DNA from: an uncultured Novosphingobium sp.
GTDB taxonomy: Bacteria > Pseudomonadota > Alphaproteobacteria > Sphingomonadales > Sphingomonadaceae
Assembly: GCA_964573075.1 (NCBI GenBank)
Contig: CAZNII010000001.1
Coordinates: 372 to 64,371 of the forward strand
Length of the DNA stretch: 64,000 bases
Direction: 5' to 3'
Part shown: one piece after another, positions 29,280 to 42,396 of the stretch
Layout of the letters: each line of letters starts with the position of its first letter
Position numbering within the stretch: the stretch's first letter is position 1
Notes under the pieces: generated by a model
Told to the model about the DNA's origin: nothing
Databases searched by the model: none
Seen by the model: the letters and a program-made list of their open reading frames with translations, nothing else
Position numbers and translations under genes: made by a program

Positions 29280-30929
29280 CGCTGCGCCGTCTCCCAGTTG
29301 GGGGCGACATAGTAGGGCGCGTTGGACGGCGGCAGCAGTCCCTTGCCCAGCACGTGATCGGCGCCCTTTTCCCCGATCATGATGGTCGGCGCGTTGAGGT
29401 TGCCGGTGGTGATCGAAGGCATCACCGAGCTGTCGATCACCCGCAGGCCCTCAACCCCGATCACCTTCAGTTCGGGGTCGACCACCGCCAGCGGATCGTC
29501 CTTCGCGCCCATCTTGCAGGTGCACGAGGGATGCAGCGCGCTTTCGACATGGTCGGCGATGAAGGCGTCGATCGCCTCGTCGCTCACGCAGTCCGCGCCC
29601 GGCTGGATCTCGCGCCCGCGCCACGGGGCGAAGGCATCCTGCTGGAAAATCTCGCGGGTCAGCCGCACGCAGGCGCGCATTTCTTCCCAGTCGTCGGGGT
29701 GGCTCATGTAATTGAACAGGATCTTCGGATGCTCGCGCGGGTCCTTGCTGCGCAGCGTTACCGTGCCCCGGCTCTTGGAGCGCATCGGGCCGACGTGGGC
29801 CTGGAAACCGTGCTCGGTGGCGAGCGAGGAGCCATCGTAATTGATCGCCATCGGGAAGAAATGGTACTGGATGTCCGGGTATTTGATCCCGGCCCGGCTG
29901 CGGATGAATCCGCAGCTTTCGAACTGGTTCGAAGCTCCGATCCCGCGCCGCAGGAACAGCCATTCCGCTCCGACCATCGCCTTGCCGAGCAGGTTGGCCT
30001 GGCCGAACAGCGTGACCGGCTTGGTGCAGGCCATCTGAAAATAGAACTCCAGGTGGTCCTGCAGGTTGGCACCCACGCCCGGCCGGTCGGCCAGCACCTC
30101 GATTCCGACGCCCTTCAGCTCCTCGGCCGGGCCGATGCCCGAGAGCTTGAGCAGCTGGACCGAATTGATCGACCCGCCCGACAGCAGCACTTCGCGCGCC
30201 GCGCGAGCCTGGTGGAGCTTGCCGCCCTGCTCGTACTCGATCCCGACCGCGCGCTTGCCTTCGAACAGCACCCGCGTCGCCAGCGCGTGCTGCACCACGG
30301 TCAGGTTGGAACGCTTGCGCGCCGGATAGAGATAGGCCTTGGCGGCGGAGCAGCGCGTGCCCTTGCGCACGGTCATGTCCATCCGCCCGAAGCCTTCCTG
30401 ACGGAAGCCGTTGTAATCCTCCGTCAGTTCGTAACCGGCCTGCTTCGCGGCATCGAGCCAGGCCTGGTTGAGCGGGTTCCTGAGCGTGCCGTAAGTGGTC
30501 GAAAGCGGGCCGTCCCCGCCGCGATACTCATTGCCGCCCTCGGCCCGGGTTTCGGCGCGTTTGAAATAGGGCAGCACATCGGCATAGCCCCAGCCGCGCG
30601 CGCCGTCTTCTTCCTGCCAGCGTTCGAAATCGAGCGGATTGCCGCGCACGTAGACCAGCCCGTTGATCGAGCTCGATCCGCCCAGGCCCAGCCCGCGCGG
30701 ACAGTGCAGCCGGCGGTTGTTGAGATGCGGTTCCGGCTCGCTGTAATAGCCCCAGTTCCAGCGCTTGGTGTTCATCGGATAGGCCAGCGCCGCCGGCATC
30801 TGGATGAAGATCGAGCGGTCCGATCCGCCGGCCTCGAGCAGCAGCACCTTGTTGGTCCCGCCCGCGCTCAACCGGTCGGCCAGCACGCACCCCGCCGAAC
30901 CTGCGCCGACGATGATGAAATCGAACTGG

Positions 30930-30943
<14 letters not shown>
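29276..30943 (-). CDS. betA: Choline dehydrogenase (GMC family)
   Basis: Start [64 protein letters not shown]. Confidence 0.95.
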
Positions 30944-32951
<2,008 letters not shown>

Positions 32952-32974
32952 CGATCTGAAACCTTCCGGTTTGT

Positions 32975-32990
32975 TTGAATGCATGTTCAA
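32975..32990. promoter_or_regulatory. BetI-like operator 1 (TTGAA-N6-TTCAA)
   Basis: TTGAATGCATGTTCAA(TA) lies 24 bp upstream of the fusion start. It resembles the E. coli BetI operator as recalled (TTGATTGGACGTTCAAT). Confidence 0.7.
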
Positions 32991-33199
32991 TAGAGCAAAT
33001 CCAGATCGTTCGCGATGACTGATTTTGCCCGGTCGGGATTTCATTAGCTGAATTTATGGTTTGGATCAGCGCCTTTGCTTTGCTGCTCCAGGCCGTGGTT
33101 TTCCTTGTCTGCGAGCCTCGGGTTTCCCGGGATTTCAGGCTCACGCCGGGACTCGCCGTGCCGCAGGATGGAACAAACCGGACTGCCTTGGCAACGGGG

Positions 33200-33215
33200 T
33201 TGCACGCGCGTTCAA
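33200..33215. promoter_or_regulatory. BetI-like operator 2 upstream of the divergent TonB receptor
   Basis: TTGCACGCGCGTTCAA(TAT) has the same 5-6-5 architecture as operator 1. Confidence 0.6.
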
Positions 33216-33306
33216 TATGAGCCATCCAAGTGCCATTGATTGAGGGTCGAACCGCGGACCAATCCGGGCATGAGCAACCGGGCCGGGTTCAAGCAGGGAG
33301 TTAGCC

Positions 33307-35766
33307 ATGATCAGCCTTTCGTTTGCCTCGCGTGCCGGTGCCGCAATGCGGATCGGCGCCTCGCTCGGAATTCTCGCGCTCGGCCTCGCCTCGGGCGCCG
33401 CCCAGGCCCAGGATGCCGCTCCGGCTGAAGAGGCCGCGAGCGACGCGGGCGATATCGTGGTGACCGCGCAGAAGCGCGAACAGAAGCTGCGCGATGTCGG
33501 GATCGCGGTTTCGGTGCTCGACGGGGAAGACGTCCAGCGGATGAACATCACCAACGCGACCGACGTGGTCCGCGCGGTGCCGAACCTGAAGTACAACGCC
33601 TATGGCTCGTCGCAGGTGGTGTTCAACATTCGCGGCGTTTCGCAGAACGACTATGGCGACCAGCAGGAACCGCCGGTCGCGGTCTATCAGGATGACAGCT
33701 ACGCCAGCTCGATCACCACCGCGAGCTTCCCGGTATTCGACATCGCCCGGGTCGAGGCGCTGCGCGGGCCGCAGGGCACGCTGTTCGGCCGCAATGCCAC
33801 CGGCGGCGCGGTGCAGTTCGTTTCGAACCAGCCCAAGGACGCGTTCGGCGGCTATCTCAGCGCAACCTATGGCCGGTTCAACCAGACCATCCTCGAAGGC
33901 GCGGTGACCGCGCCGCTGGGCGAGGGCGTCGCCGTCCGCCTGGCCGGGATCTTCAACCGCGATGACGGCTATATGAAGAACATCACCCCCGGCGAAAAGG
34001 ACCGCGGGGCAAACAACCACTGGGCGATGCGCGGGATCCTGGCGATCGAACCGTCGGACAGCTTCAAGGCCAAGATCACCCTGCGCTATGCCAAGGCCAG
34101 CAAGGAACGTCAGGCCGGGATCTATTCGCTGGCTCCGGCTTGCCCCAACGCCAACTACCAGGGCGAATTCCTGCCGGCCAACCAGGTCTGCGATTACTGG
34201 AACAACTACTTCGGGTCGTCCTACAACGGCGGCGTTCCGGGATCGACCGGTAACGGCTATGCCAATCCGGCGATCGCTCCGTCGCAGGGCGGTGATCCGT
34301 GGAAGACCGCGGGCACAGGCCCGGCCTATGTCGATCGCGAAATCTTCGGGGCGACCCTGCGGATGGATGCCAGCTTCGGCGCGGTCGATCTGGTCTCGAT
34401 CACCGATTACCAGAAGCTCGACAAGTTCTACATCGAAGGCGGCGACGGGGTGCCCGAGCTGCCCTACGATTTCGCCAATCCGACCACCTATGCGCCCTAT
34501 ACCACCGGTCCGTGCCCGGCCCCGGCGAGCGCGGTGACCTGCTATGCTTCTGGCACGCTGTTCTATCAGCGGGCCGACGTGCAGCAGTATTCGCAGGAAC
34601 TGCGCGCTTCGGTCACTTCGGACCGGAACTACCTGGTGGTCGGCGCCTATGGCCTGGTGATCGATGGCAAGTTCGACGCCAAGTACGCAACGCCCTTTGC
34701 GCTTTACGACCCGACCGTGGCGATCGACCAGCGCACCGAGAGCTATGCCTTCTTCATGCAGGACGAATTCAAGCTGGGCGACAAGGTCAAGCTGATCGCC
34801 GGCCTGCGCTATTGGCATGACAAGAAGCGCGGTGCCTACAGCGCCAGCGAGTATTTCTCGGGCTTCACCATGAACTGGGGGCCGAACGGGATCAATTACA
34901 ACGATCCCACCGGCACCACCCCGCTGACCGGCGTGACCGTGACCCCGGCGGCGGCGACGCCCAGCTTCGATGGCGTGACCTGGCGGTTGGGGATCGATTA
35001 CAAGCCCAACCCCGATACGCTGATCTATGCCAGCTACAACCGCGGTTCGAAGTCGGGCGGTTTCACCTTCTCGACCGGCACGCCGTTCCTCGGGCAGTAC
35101 GTGATCGATACGATCAACAACATCCCCTACCAGCCGGAAAAGCTCGACGCCTATGAAATCGGCCTGAAGACGCGGATCGGCGGCAACACCGATTTCAACC
35201 TGACCGCGTTCTATTACGACTACAACGATTACCAGGCCTTCGTGCAGGTCGGCTATTCGCAGGTGGTGCGCAACCTGCCGGCCAGCAACAAGGGGATCGA
35301 AGCCGAATTTACCACCCGGCCGATCCCGGGGCTGACCCTGCAGCTCAATGCCGCCTACCAGGACAGCGAGGTCAAGAACGTCCTGCTGCCCGATGGCGTG
35401 ACGGTCGAAAACCACGACCTGCCGCAGGCGCCCAGCTTCTCGGGCAATGCGATGGTGCGTTACGAGTTCGATCTGGCCGGCGGCACCGCCTCGCTCCAGG
35501 CGGATTCGATGTTCTCGGGCAGCACCTGCTTCACCGTGATGTGCGCGCCGGTGGAAGAGGAAGGCTCCTACCACGTCGAGAACCTGCGGATCGGCTATGA
35601 AACGGCCGACGGCAAGCTTTCGATCGCGGCCTTCGTCAACAACCTGTTCAACCGCAAATACCGCGTCTACGCTTTCGACGGTTCGCTCTATTGGGGCGAT
35701 ACCCTGGGGGTCTATGCCAAGCCCCGCACCTGGGGCGTGACGGTGCGGTACAACTTCGGCGACTGA
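33307..35766 (+). CDS. TonB-dependent receptor
   Basis: Signal peptide ...AQA, DIVVTAQKREQ, LRGPQGTLFGRNATGGAV, NNLFN, C-terminal YNFGD. Confidence 0.94.
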   Translation: MISLSFASRAGAAMRIGASLGILALGLASGAAQAQDAAPAEEAASDAGDIVVTAQKREQKLRDVGIAVSVLDGEDVQRMNITNATDVVRAVPNLKYNAYGSSQVVFNIRGVSQNDYGDQQEPPVAVYQDDSYASSITTASFPVFDIARVEALRGPQGTLFGRNATGGAVQFVSNQPKDAFGGYLSATYGRFNQTILEGAVTAPLGEGVAVRLAGIFNRDDGYMKNITPGEKDRGANNHWAMRGILAIEPSDSFKAKITLRYAKASKERQAGIYSLAPACPNANYQGEFLPANQVCDYWNNYFGSSYNGGVPGSTGNGYANPAIAPSQGGDPWKTAGTGPAYVDREIFGATLRMDASFGAVDLVSITDYQKLDKFYIEGGDGVPELPYDFANPTTYAPYTTGPCPAPASAVTCYASGTLFYQRADVQQYSQELRASVTSDRNYLVVGAYGLVIDGKFDAKYATPFALYDPTVAIDQRTESYAFFMQDEFKLGDKVKLIAGLRYWHDKKRGAYSASEYFSGFTMNWGPNGINYNDPTGTTPLTGVTVTPAAATPSFDGVTWRLGIDYKPNPDTLIYASYNRGSKSGGFTFSTGTPFLGQYVIDTINNIPYQPEKLDAYEIGLKTRIGGNTDFNLTAFYYDYNDYQAFVQVGYSQVVRNLPASNKGIEAEFTTRPIPGLTLQLNAAYQDSEVKNVLLPDGVTVENHDLPQAPSFSGNAMVRYEFDLAGGTASLQADSMFSGSTCFTVMCAPVEEEGSYHVENLRIGYETADGKLSIAAFVNNLFNRKYRVYAFDGSLYWGDTLGVYAKPRTWGVTVRYNFGD

Positions 35767-35793
35767 GAGCCTGAGGGTCGCAAACCATCGAGC

Positions 35794-35827
35794 GGGCCCG
35801 CCTTTGGAGCAATCCGGGGGCGGGCCT
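35794..35827 (+). terminator. Hairpin after the TonB receptor
   Basis: GGGCCCGCC-TTT-GGA-GCAA-TCC-GGG-GGCGGGCCT followed by GTTT. Confidence 0.5.
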
Positions 35828-35854
35828 GTTTCGTGACGGGGGAGACAAGCTGAA

Positions 35855-37477
35855 GTGACCAGCCAAGCCACGACGATGAGCAGCGCCGAGCAGCTGCAAC
35901 TGCGCCGCCAGCTCGACTGGAAGGACGCCTTCTGGGCCTCGAGCGGGGTTCCGGCGGGTGTGCTGCTGACCATGGGCGGGATCGCCACGATGATCGGCCA
36001 GCCCAGCTGGGTGATCTGGATCGCCTCGATCCTGATGGGGTTCGTGCAGTCGTTCGTCTATGCCGAGATCGCCGGGCTTTATCCCGACAAGTCGGGCGGT
36101 GCCTCGGTCTATGGCGCGGCTGGCTGGCTGCCCTATGGCAAGTTCATCGCGCCAATTTCGGTCTGGTGCAACTGGCTGGCCTGGTCGCCGGTGCTGGCGC
36201 TGGGGACCGGACTGGCATCGGCCTATGTCATGGTCAGCCTGTTTCCGGCCGATGCGGCATTCCGCACCTGGGAATTGCAGCTGCTCGACCTGGGCCTGGT
36301 CCGCGAGGGGCTGCACCTGAGGATCAATGCCGTCTCGATCATCGCCACCGGGTTTCTGTTGCTGACCTTCTTCCTCCAGCACCACGGCGCCGCGCGGGCG
36401 GCCAATTTCCAGAAGGTGCTGGGGCTGCTGTGCATGACCCCGCTGCTGCTGGTCGGGCTGATGCCGTTCATCACCGGCGACCTGCCGCGCGAGAACCTGT
36501 TTCCGCTGCTGCCGATGCTGCGCGATGCTGCCGGCAATCCGGGCTTCGGGACCTGGGACACCGCGGGCCTGACCCTGCTGGCCGGGGCGATGTTCGGGGC
36601 AGGCTGGTCAACCTACGGGTTCGAGACGGCGGTCTGCTATACCCGCGAATTCCGCGATCCGGCCAGGGACACCGCCAAGGCGATCATCGCCGCCGGGCTG
36701 CTGTGTATTGCGATCTTCACGCTGGTTCCGCTGGCCTTCCAGGCCTCGCTTGGCCTTTCCGGCATGCTCGATCCGACCATCAACGATGGCTCGGGTGTGG
36801 CCAAGGCGCTGGCCGGGATCGTCGGGGGCGGGGCGGTGATCGGCAACCTTTTGATCGTGATGCTGATCCTGTCGCTGCTGCTGATCGTGATGACCTCGAT
36901 GCTCGGCTCCAGCCGCACGCTCTACCAGGCGTCGGTCGATGGCTGGCTGCCCAAGTACCTGAGCCGGGTGAACGAGCACGGCGCGCCGACCGCGGCGATG
37001 TGGACCGATCTGGGCTTCAACCTGATCCTGCTGCTGGCGTCCGATTATTTCGCCGTGCTGATGATCTCGAACGTCTGCTATTTCGTGTTCAACTTCCTCA
37101 ATCTCCAGGCCGGGTGGATCCACCGGATCGACCGCAAGGACTGGAACCGCCCGTACCGCTGCCCCAACCGGCTGCTGGCGACCGGCGCGGTGTTCGGCTT
37201 CGTCAACATGGCCTGGATGGGTGCGGGGGCCGATGTCTGGGGCGAGGGCACACTGCGCAACGGCCTGCTGGCCGTGCTGCTGATCGTCCCGGTCTTCGCC
37301 TGGCGGCACTATGTGACCGACAAGGGCAAGTTCCCGGTCAGCGAAGGGACCGACGAGGATCCGTTCGAAAAGCAGCACATCACCCCGCGCGCGGGGATCC
37401 TGCCCTACCTGGCGCTGGCGGCCTGCGCAGCGCTGGTCTGGGCGACCAGCCAGTGGGCGCAGCTGCCGGGCGGTTAG
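35855..37477 (+). CDS. APC superfamily amino acid/amine permease
   Basis: [32 protein letters not shown] and many TM segments. The start could instead be ATG at 35876. Confidence 0.88.
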   Translation: MTSQATTMSSAEQLQLRRQLDWKDAFWASSGVPAGVLLTMGGIATMIGQPSWVIWIASILMGFVQSFVYAEIAGLYPDKSGGASVYGAAGWLPYGKFIAPISVWCNWLAWSPVLALGTGLASAYVMVSLFPADAAFRTWELQLLDLGLVREGLHLRINAVSIIATGFLLLTFFLQHHGAARAANFQKVLGLLCMTPLLLVGLMPFITGDLPRENLFPLLPMLRDAAGNPGFGTWDTAGLTLLAGAMFGAGWSTYGFETAVCYTREFRDPARDTAKAIIAAGLLCIAIFTLVPLAFQASLGLSGMLDPTINDGSGVAKALAGIVGGGAVIGNLLIVMLILSLLLIVMTSMLGSSRTLYQASVDGWLPKYLSRVNEHGAPTAAMWTDLGFNLILLLASDYFAVLMISNVCYFVFNFLNLQAGWIHRIDRKDWNRPYRCPNRLLATGAVFGFVNMAWMGAGADVWGEGTLRNGLLAVLLIVPVFAWRHYVTDKGKFPVSEGTDEDPFEKQHITPRAGILPYLALAACAALVWATSQWAQLPGG

Positions 37478-38538
37478 CTGGTCGTCCAGTCCAGCACGAT
37501 CTTGCCGGAATGGCCGGTGCGCATGATCTCGAAGCCTTCCTCGAACCGGGTGTAGGGCAGGCGGTGCGTGATCAGGCCCGAGACATCGAGGCCCGAGCCA
37601 AGCATGGCCAGCATCTTGTACCAGGTCTCGAACATCTCGCGGCCGTAGATTGTCTTGATGGTCAGCGCCTTGAATACAAGGCGGCTCCACTCGATGCTGG
37701 TTTCTCCCGGCGGGAAGCCCAGCATCGCCACCTTGCCACCCATCACCATGTTGTCGACGATCTGGTTGAGCGCGGCGCCGGCGCCGGACATTTCCATCGC
37801 CACGTCGAAGCCCTCGGTCATGCCCAGCTTGTGGCGGACCGAAACCAGGTCTTCCTCCGCGACGTTGACCGGCAGGCAATCGGCGATCTTGCCGGCCAGT
37901 TCCAGCCGATAAGGGTTGATATCGGTGATCACCACGTGCCGCGCGCCGACATGGCGGGCGACCGCCGCGGCCATGATCCCGATCGGGCCGGCGCCGGTGA
38001 TCAGCACGTCCTCGCCGATCAGGTCGAAGGCGAGCGCAGTGTGGACCGCATTGCCGAGCGGATCGAGCAGGGCGGCGATGTCCATCTCGACATGGTCGGG
38101 CAGGGCGATCACGTTGAAAGCGGGAATGCACAGGTACTGGGCAAAGGCCCCCGGACGGTTGACGCCGACCCCTTGAGTTTCGGGATCGAGGTGGAAATGC
38201 CCGGCGCGAACCGCGCGGCTCTTTTCGCCGATGATGTGGCCTTCGCCCGAAACCCGCTGACCGATCGAGAGCGGGCGCTTCACGTTGCTGCCGATCGCGG
38301 CAATTTCGCCGCCGAATTCGTGGCCGACGATCATCGGCACGGGAATCGTCCGCTGGGCCCAATCGTCCCAGTTGTAGATGTGGATGTCGGTCCCGCAGAT
38401 GGCGGTGCGGTGCACCCGGATCAGCACTTCGTCGGGGCCGGGTTCGGGGACCGGCTGCTGCTCAAGCCAGATGCCCGGTTCGGGCCTGGCCTTGACCAGC
38501 GCGGGCATGGTGTTGGGCCGACGATCAGGCTGCGTCAT
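37474..38538 (-). CDS. tdh: L-threonine 3-dehydrogenase
   Basis: [54 protein letters not shown]. Confidence 0.95.
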   Translation of the reverse strand: MTQPDRRPNTMPALVKARPEPGIWLEQQPVPEPGPDEVLIRVHRTAICGTDIHIYNWDDWAQRTIPVPMIVGHEFGGEIAAIGSNVKRPLSIGQRVSGEGHIIGEKSRAVRAGHFHLDPETQGVGVNRPGAFAQYLCIPAFNVIALPDHVEMDIAALLDPLGNAVHTALAFDLIGEDVLITGAGPIGIMAAAVARHVGARHVVITDINPYRLELAGKIADCLPVNVAEEDLVSVRHKLGMTEGFDVAMEMSGAGAALNQIVDNMVMGGKVAMLGFPPGETSIEWSRLVFKALTIKTIYGREMFETWYKMLAMLGSGLDVSGLITHRLPYTRFEEGFEIMRTGHSGKIVLDWTTS

Positions 38539-38539
38539 C

Positions 38540-39742
38540 TCAGATCACTCCCAATTCGCGTCCGACCTTGCTGAAGGCGGCGATCGCCCGGTCGATATGG
38601 TCAAAGCTGTGCGCCGCGCTCATCTGGGTGCGGATCCGGGCCGCGCCGCGCGGCACCACCGGAAACGAGAAACCGGTGACATAGATCCCCTCGTCGAGCA
38701 GCGCGGCGGCCATCTGTTGCGCCAGCCGGGCATCGCCCAGCATCACCGGAATGATCGGGTGCTCGCCCGGTTGCAGGGTAAAGCCGGCTGCTTCCATCCC
38801 GGCGCGGAACCGCGCGGCATTGGCGAACAGCTGCTGGCGGAACGGATTGCCGGCCTCGAGCAGGTCGAGCACCTTGAGGCTCGCCCCGACCAGCCCCGGA
38901 GCGAGCGCGTTCGAGAACAGATAGGGCCGGGCACGTTGGCGCAGCAGGTCGACCACTTCCTGGCGGGCGCAGATATAGCCGCCCATGCCACCGCCCAGCG
39001 CCTTGCCGAGCGTGCCGGTCAGAATGTCGATCCGCCCTTCGACCCCGCAGTGCTGCGGCGTTCCCCGGCCGGTTTCGCCCATGAAGCCGGCGGCGTGGCA
39101 ATCATCGACCATGGTCAGCGCACCGTATTTGTCGGCCAGGTCGCACAGCGCGGGCAGGTTGGCGATGAACCCGTCCATCGAGAAGACCCCGTCTGTCACC
39201 ACGATCTTGGTCTTGGCCCCGTCGGCATCGGCCTGCTTCAACTGGGCCTCGAGATCGGCCATGTCGTTGTTGGCAAAGCGATAGCGCCGGGCCTTGGACA
39301 GCCGCACCCCGTCGATGATCGAGGCATGGTTGAGCGAATCCGAAATGATCGCGTCTTCCTCGCCGAACAGCGGCTCGAACACCGCGCCGTTGGCATCGAA
39401 GCAGGCGGCGAAAGTGATGCTGTCTGCATAACCGAAGAAGGCTGCGATCCGCCGTTCGAGCTGGCGGTGGATGTCCTGGGTGCCGCAGATGAACCGGACC
39501 GAGGCCATGCCATAGCCGTGGCTGCGGCTCATTTCCGCAGCAGCCGCGACCAGCTGGGGGTTGTCGGCAAGGCCAAGGTAGTTGTTGGCGCAGAAATTGA
39601 TCACCCGGCGCGGGCCGGCCGGCGTAGCCACCTCAACCTCGACCGCCTGGGGCGAGGTCAGCAGCCGCTCGTGCTTGGTCAGGCCCTGGCTGTCGATTTC
39701 CTCAAGGGTGTCGCGCACCCTGGCATAGAACGCTTCCCGCAT
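38540..39742 (-). CDS. kbl: Glycine C-acetyltransferase (2-amino-3-ketobutyrate CoA ligase)
   Basis: [53 protein letters not shown]. Confidence 0.96.
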   Translation of the reverse strand: MREAFYARVRDTLEEIDSQGLTKHERLLTSPQAVEVEVATPAGPRRVINFCANNYLGLADNPQLVAAAAEMSRSHGYGMASVRFICGTQDIHRQLERRIAAFFGYADSITFAACFDANGAVFEPLFGEEDAIISDSLNHASIIDGVRLSKARRYRFANNDMADLEAQLKQADADGAKTKIVVTDGVFSMDGFIANLPALCDLADKYGALTMVDDCHAAGFMGETGRGTPQHCGVEGRIDILTGTLGKALGGGMGGYICARQEVVDLLRQRARPYLFSNALAPGLVGASLKVLDLLEAGNPFRQQLFANAARFRAGMEAAGFTLQPGEHPIIPVMLGDARLAQQMAAALLDEGIYVTGFSFPVVPRGAARIRTQMSAAHSFDHIDRAIAAFSKVGRELGVI

Positions 39743-39871
39743 TGCCGTGCCTCCAATCCTGGCGAGAGATTGGCAGCACAGGTTCGGGGCGTCCAGACCA
39801 TGCCTATTTTATATGAAGCCATATCCGCAACTTTCTGCGGAAGGTTGATAATTAAATTACGGCAGCGCCGG

Positions 39872-41449
39872 TCAGTCCTCGAACAGGTGACGGCGGTGTA
39901 GCGCCAGCAGCCCGCGCAGGGTTCCCCAGCACATTAGCAGCAGCACCAGCGCCAGCGGCAGGCCGGTCGCGATCGCCCCGGCCTGAAGCGAATTGAGCCC
40001 GCCCGACAGCAGCAGCACCACGCCAATCCCGCCAACCGCGAACAGCCAGAATACCTTCTGCCGCAGCGGGGTTTCGGTGCGGCCGCCCGAAGTCATGGTG
40101 TCGATCACCAGCGTGCCCGAATCCCAGCCGGTGACGAAGAACACCAGGATCAGCACCACCGCCGCGAACGAGGTGATCTGCGCCAGCGGCAGCGAGCCGA
40201 GCAGCTCGAACAGCTGGGTTTCGAGGCTGGCCTTGGCGATTTGCGGTGTCTGCCCGGAAACGATCCCGGATATCGCGGCGTCGCCGAACACGGTCAGCCA
40301 GATGATCCCCAGCAGGCTCGGCGCGATCATGGCCCCGGCGATGAATTCGCGCACGGTCCGGCCCAGCGAGATCCGCGCCATGAAAGTGCCGACGAACGGC
40401 GCCCAGCTGATCCACCAGGCCCAGTAGAACACCGACCAGTCGCGGTAGAAGCCCTGATCCTCGCGCCCGACCGGATTGGACAGAGCGGGCAGGTGCCAGA
40501 GGTACTGGAAGGTGTTGCGAGCGAGATCCCCGAGCAGCGCCAGCGCCGGACCGGTCGCGAGGATGAACAGCACCAGCACCACCGCCATCAGCATGTTGAG
40601 TTCCGACAGGATCCGGATGCCGCGATCGATCCCGCCGCGCACCGACAGGAAGGTGATCAGCGACATGATCGCGATCAGCCCCAGGATCGCCATCGAAGAG
40701 GAGGGAATGCCATAGAGAAAGGTCACCCCGGCCATCGCCTGCTGCGCGCCGATCCCCAATGAGCTGGCCAGCCCGAAGATCGTGGCGAAAACGGCCAGGA
40801 TTTCCACCACGTCGCCGGTACGGCCCCAGGCGGATTTGCCGATCAGCGGATAGAATGCCGACCGCATGGTGAAAGGCATGCCGAAGTCATAGGCGAACAC
40901 CGCCATGGCGAGGCCGGCCACCGCAAAGATCGCCCAGGGATGCAAGGCCCAGTCGAAGATCGTCGCCGCCATCGCCAGATCGCGTGCGGTTGCAGCATCG
41001 CCCGCCGCCCCGCCGAGCGGCGCGGCCGGGCCGCCGGCCATCGAATTGGCAAAGTGCGAGACCGGCTCGCTGACGCCATAGAACACCAGGCCGATCCCCA
41101 TTCCGGCACCGAATAGCATCGAGAACCAGCTGAGCCGCGAATAGTCCGGGGTCGCGCCCTTGCCGCCAAGCCGGATCTTGCCCAGCGGGGAAAGCGCCAG
41201 CACCACGCAGAACAGCAGCAGCAGGTTGCCGGCCGACATCAGGAACCAGTCAAAGGTGTTGGTCGACCAGACGCGGATATCGCCGAACAGCTTGGCCGAT
41301 TGTTCGGGCGCGAGTACCGAATAGACGATCACCGCCAGCGAGATGATCGCGGTCGGGAAGAACACCACCGGGTCGATCTGCATGCCCAGGAAGCCCCGGG
41401 TCGACTTCCCGAACTCTCCCGAATCGATATTCTCCGCCCAATCGGCCAT
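39872..41449 (-). CDS. BCCT family betaine/choline/carnitine transporter
   Basis: SWFSMLFGAGMGIGLVFYG, WSVFYWAWWISWAPFVGTFMARIS. Confidence 0.95.
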   Translation of the reverse strand: MADWAENIDSGEFGKSTRGFLGMQIDPVVFFPTAIISLAVIVYSVLAPEQSAKLFGDIRVWSTNTFDWFLMSAGNLLLLFCVVLALSPLGKIRLGGKGATPDYSRLSWFSMLFGAGMGIGLVFYGVSEPVSHFANSMAGGPAAPLGGAAGDAATARDLAMAATIFDWALHPWAIFAVAGLAMAVFAYDFGMPFTMRSAFYPLIGKSAWGRTGDVVEILAVFATIFGLASSLGIGAQQAMAGVTFLYGIPSSSMAILGLIAIMSLITFLSVRGGIDRGIRILSELNMLMAVVLVLFILATGPALALLGDLARNTFQYLWHLPALSNPVGREDQGFYRDWSVFYWAWWISWAPFVGTFMARISLGRTVREFIAGAMIAPSLLGIIWLTVFGDAAISGIVSGQTPQIAKASLETQLFELLGSLPLAQITSFAAVVLILVFFVTGWDSGTLVIDTMTSGGRTETPLRQKVFWLFAVGGIGVVLLLSGGLNSLQAGAIATGLPLALVLLLMCWGTLRGLLALHRRHLFED

Positions 41450-41527
41450 GCACTATCCCCTCTTTGGGGAAAGGCTAGCGGCCCGGCGCGGGGCTCGCGA
41501 GTCCGTTGAAAGGATTGATGCAGACTA

Positions 41528-42382
41528 TCAGCCGATCCGGGCGCGGGCGGCGATCAGGGTGTTTTCCATCAGGCAGGCAATGGTCATCGGCCCGACCCCG
41601 CCCGGCACCGGCGTGATTGCCCCGGCCACCCCGATCGCTTCTTCAAAGGCAACATCGCCCTTGGTCACGACCGATCCGTCAGGCTGCTCGACCCGGGTGG
41701 TGCCGACGTCGATCACCACCGCGCGTGGCTTGATCCAGCCGCCCCGGACCAGCCCGGGCTTGCCCACGGCGCTGACCAGGATATCGGCCCCGCGGCAGAT
41801 GAACTGGGTGTCGCGGGTGTGGATGTGGGTCTGGGTGACCGTGGCGTTCTCTTCCAGCAGCAGCGCCGCCATCGGCTTGCCGACGATGTTGGAGGCGCCG
41901 ATCACCACCGCGTGGAAACCGGTCAGGTCGGGGATTACCGACTTGATGATCTTGAGGCAGCCCATCGGGGTGCAGGGGATCAGCGCCTGGCTGCCCTGGG
42001 TCAGCCGGCCGGCGTTGAGCGCGTGGAGCCCGTCGACATCCTTGCCCGGATCGACCGCGGCCATCACCCGCAGCGTGTTGAGCTGCGGGGGCAGGGGCAG
42101 CTGGACCAGGATCCCGTCGATATCCTCGCGGCCGTTCAGCCAGGCCACGCGGCCCAGCACGTCAGCCTCGCTGGTATCGGCGGGTAGGCGGATCGTCTCG
42201 GACTTGAAGCCGACCCGATCGGCGGTGCGGACCTTGTTGCGCACGTAGAGGTGGCTGGCCGGATCGTCGCCGACGATGATCACCGCCAGGCCGGGCTGGC
42301 GGGGCAGGGCGGCTGCCGCCGCGGCAACCGCGTCGGTCACCTCGCGGGCCAGCTTGCGCCCGTCGATCACTTCGGTGTGCAT
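41528..42382 (-). CDS. folD: Methylenetetrahydrofolate dehydrogenase/cyclohydrolase
   Basis: Start MHTEVIDG. GILVQLPLP, KDVDG, PCTP, PVPGGVGPMT. Confidence 0.96.
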   Translation of the reverse strand: MHTEVIDGRKLAREVTDAVAAAAAALPRQPGLAVIIVGDDPASHLYVRNKVRTADRVGFKSETIRLPADTSEADVLGRVAWLNGREDIDGILVQLPLPPQLNTLRVMAAVDPGKDVDGLHALNAGRLTQGSQALIPCTPMGCLKIIKSVIPDLTGFHAVVIGASNIVGKPMAALLLEENATVTQTHIHTRDTQFICRGADILVSAVGKPGLVRGGWIKPRAVVIDVGTTRVEQPDGSVVTKGDVAFEEAIGVAGAITPVPGGVGPMTIACLMENTLIAARARIG

Positions 42383-42396
42383 CGCGGTTTTCCGGC

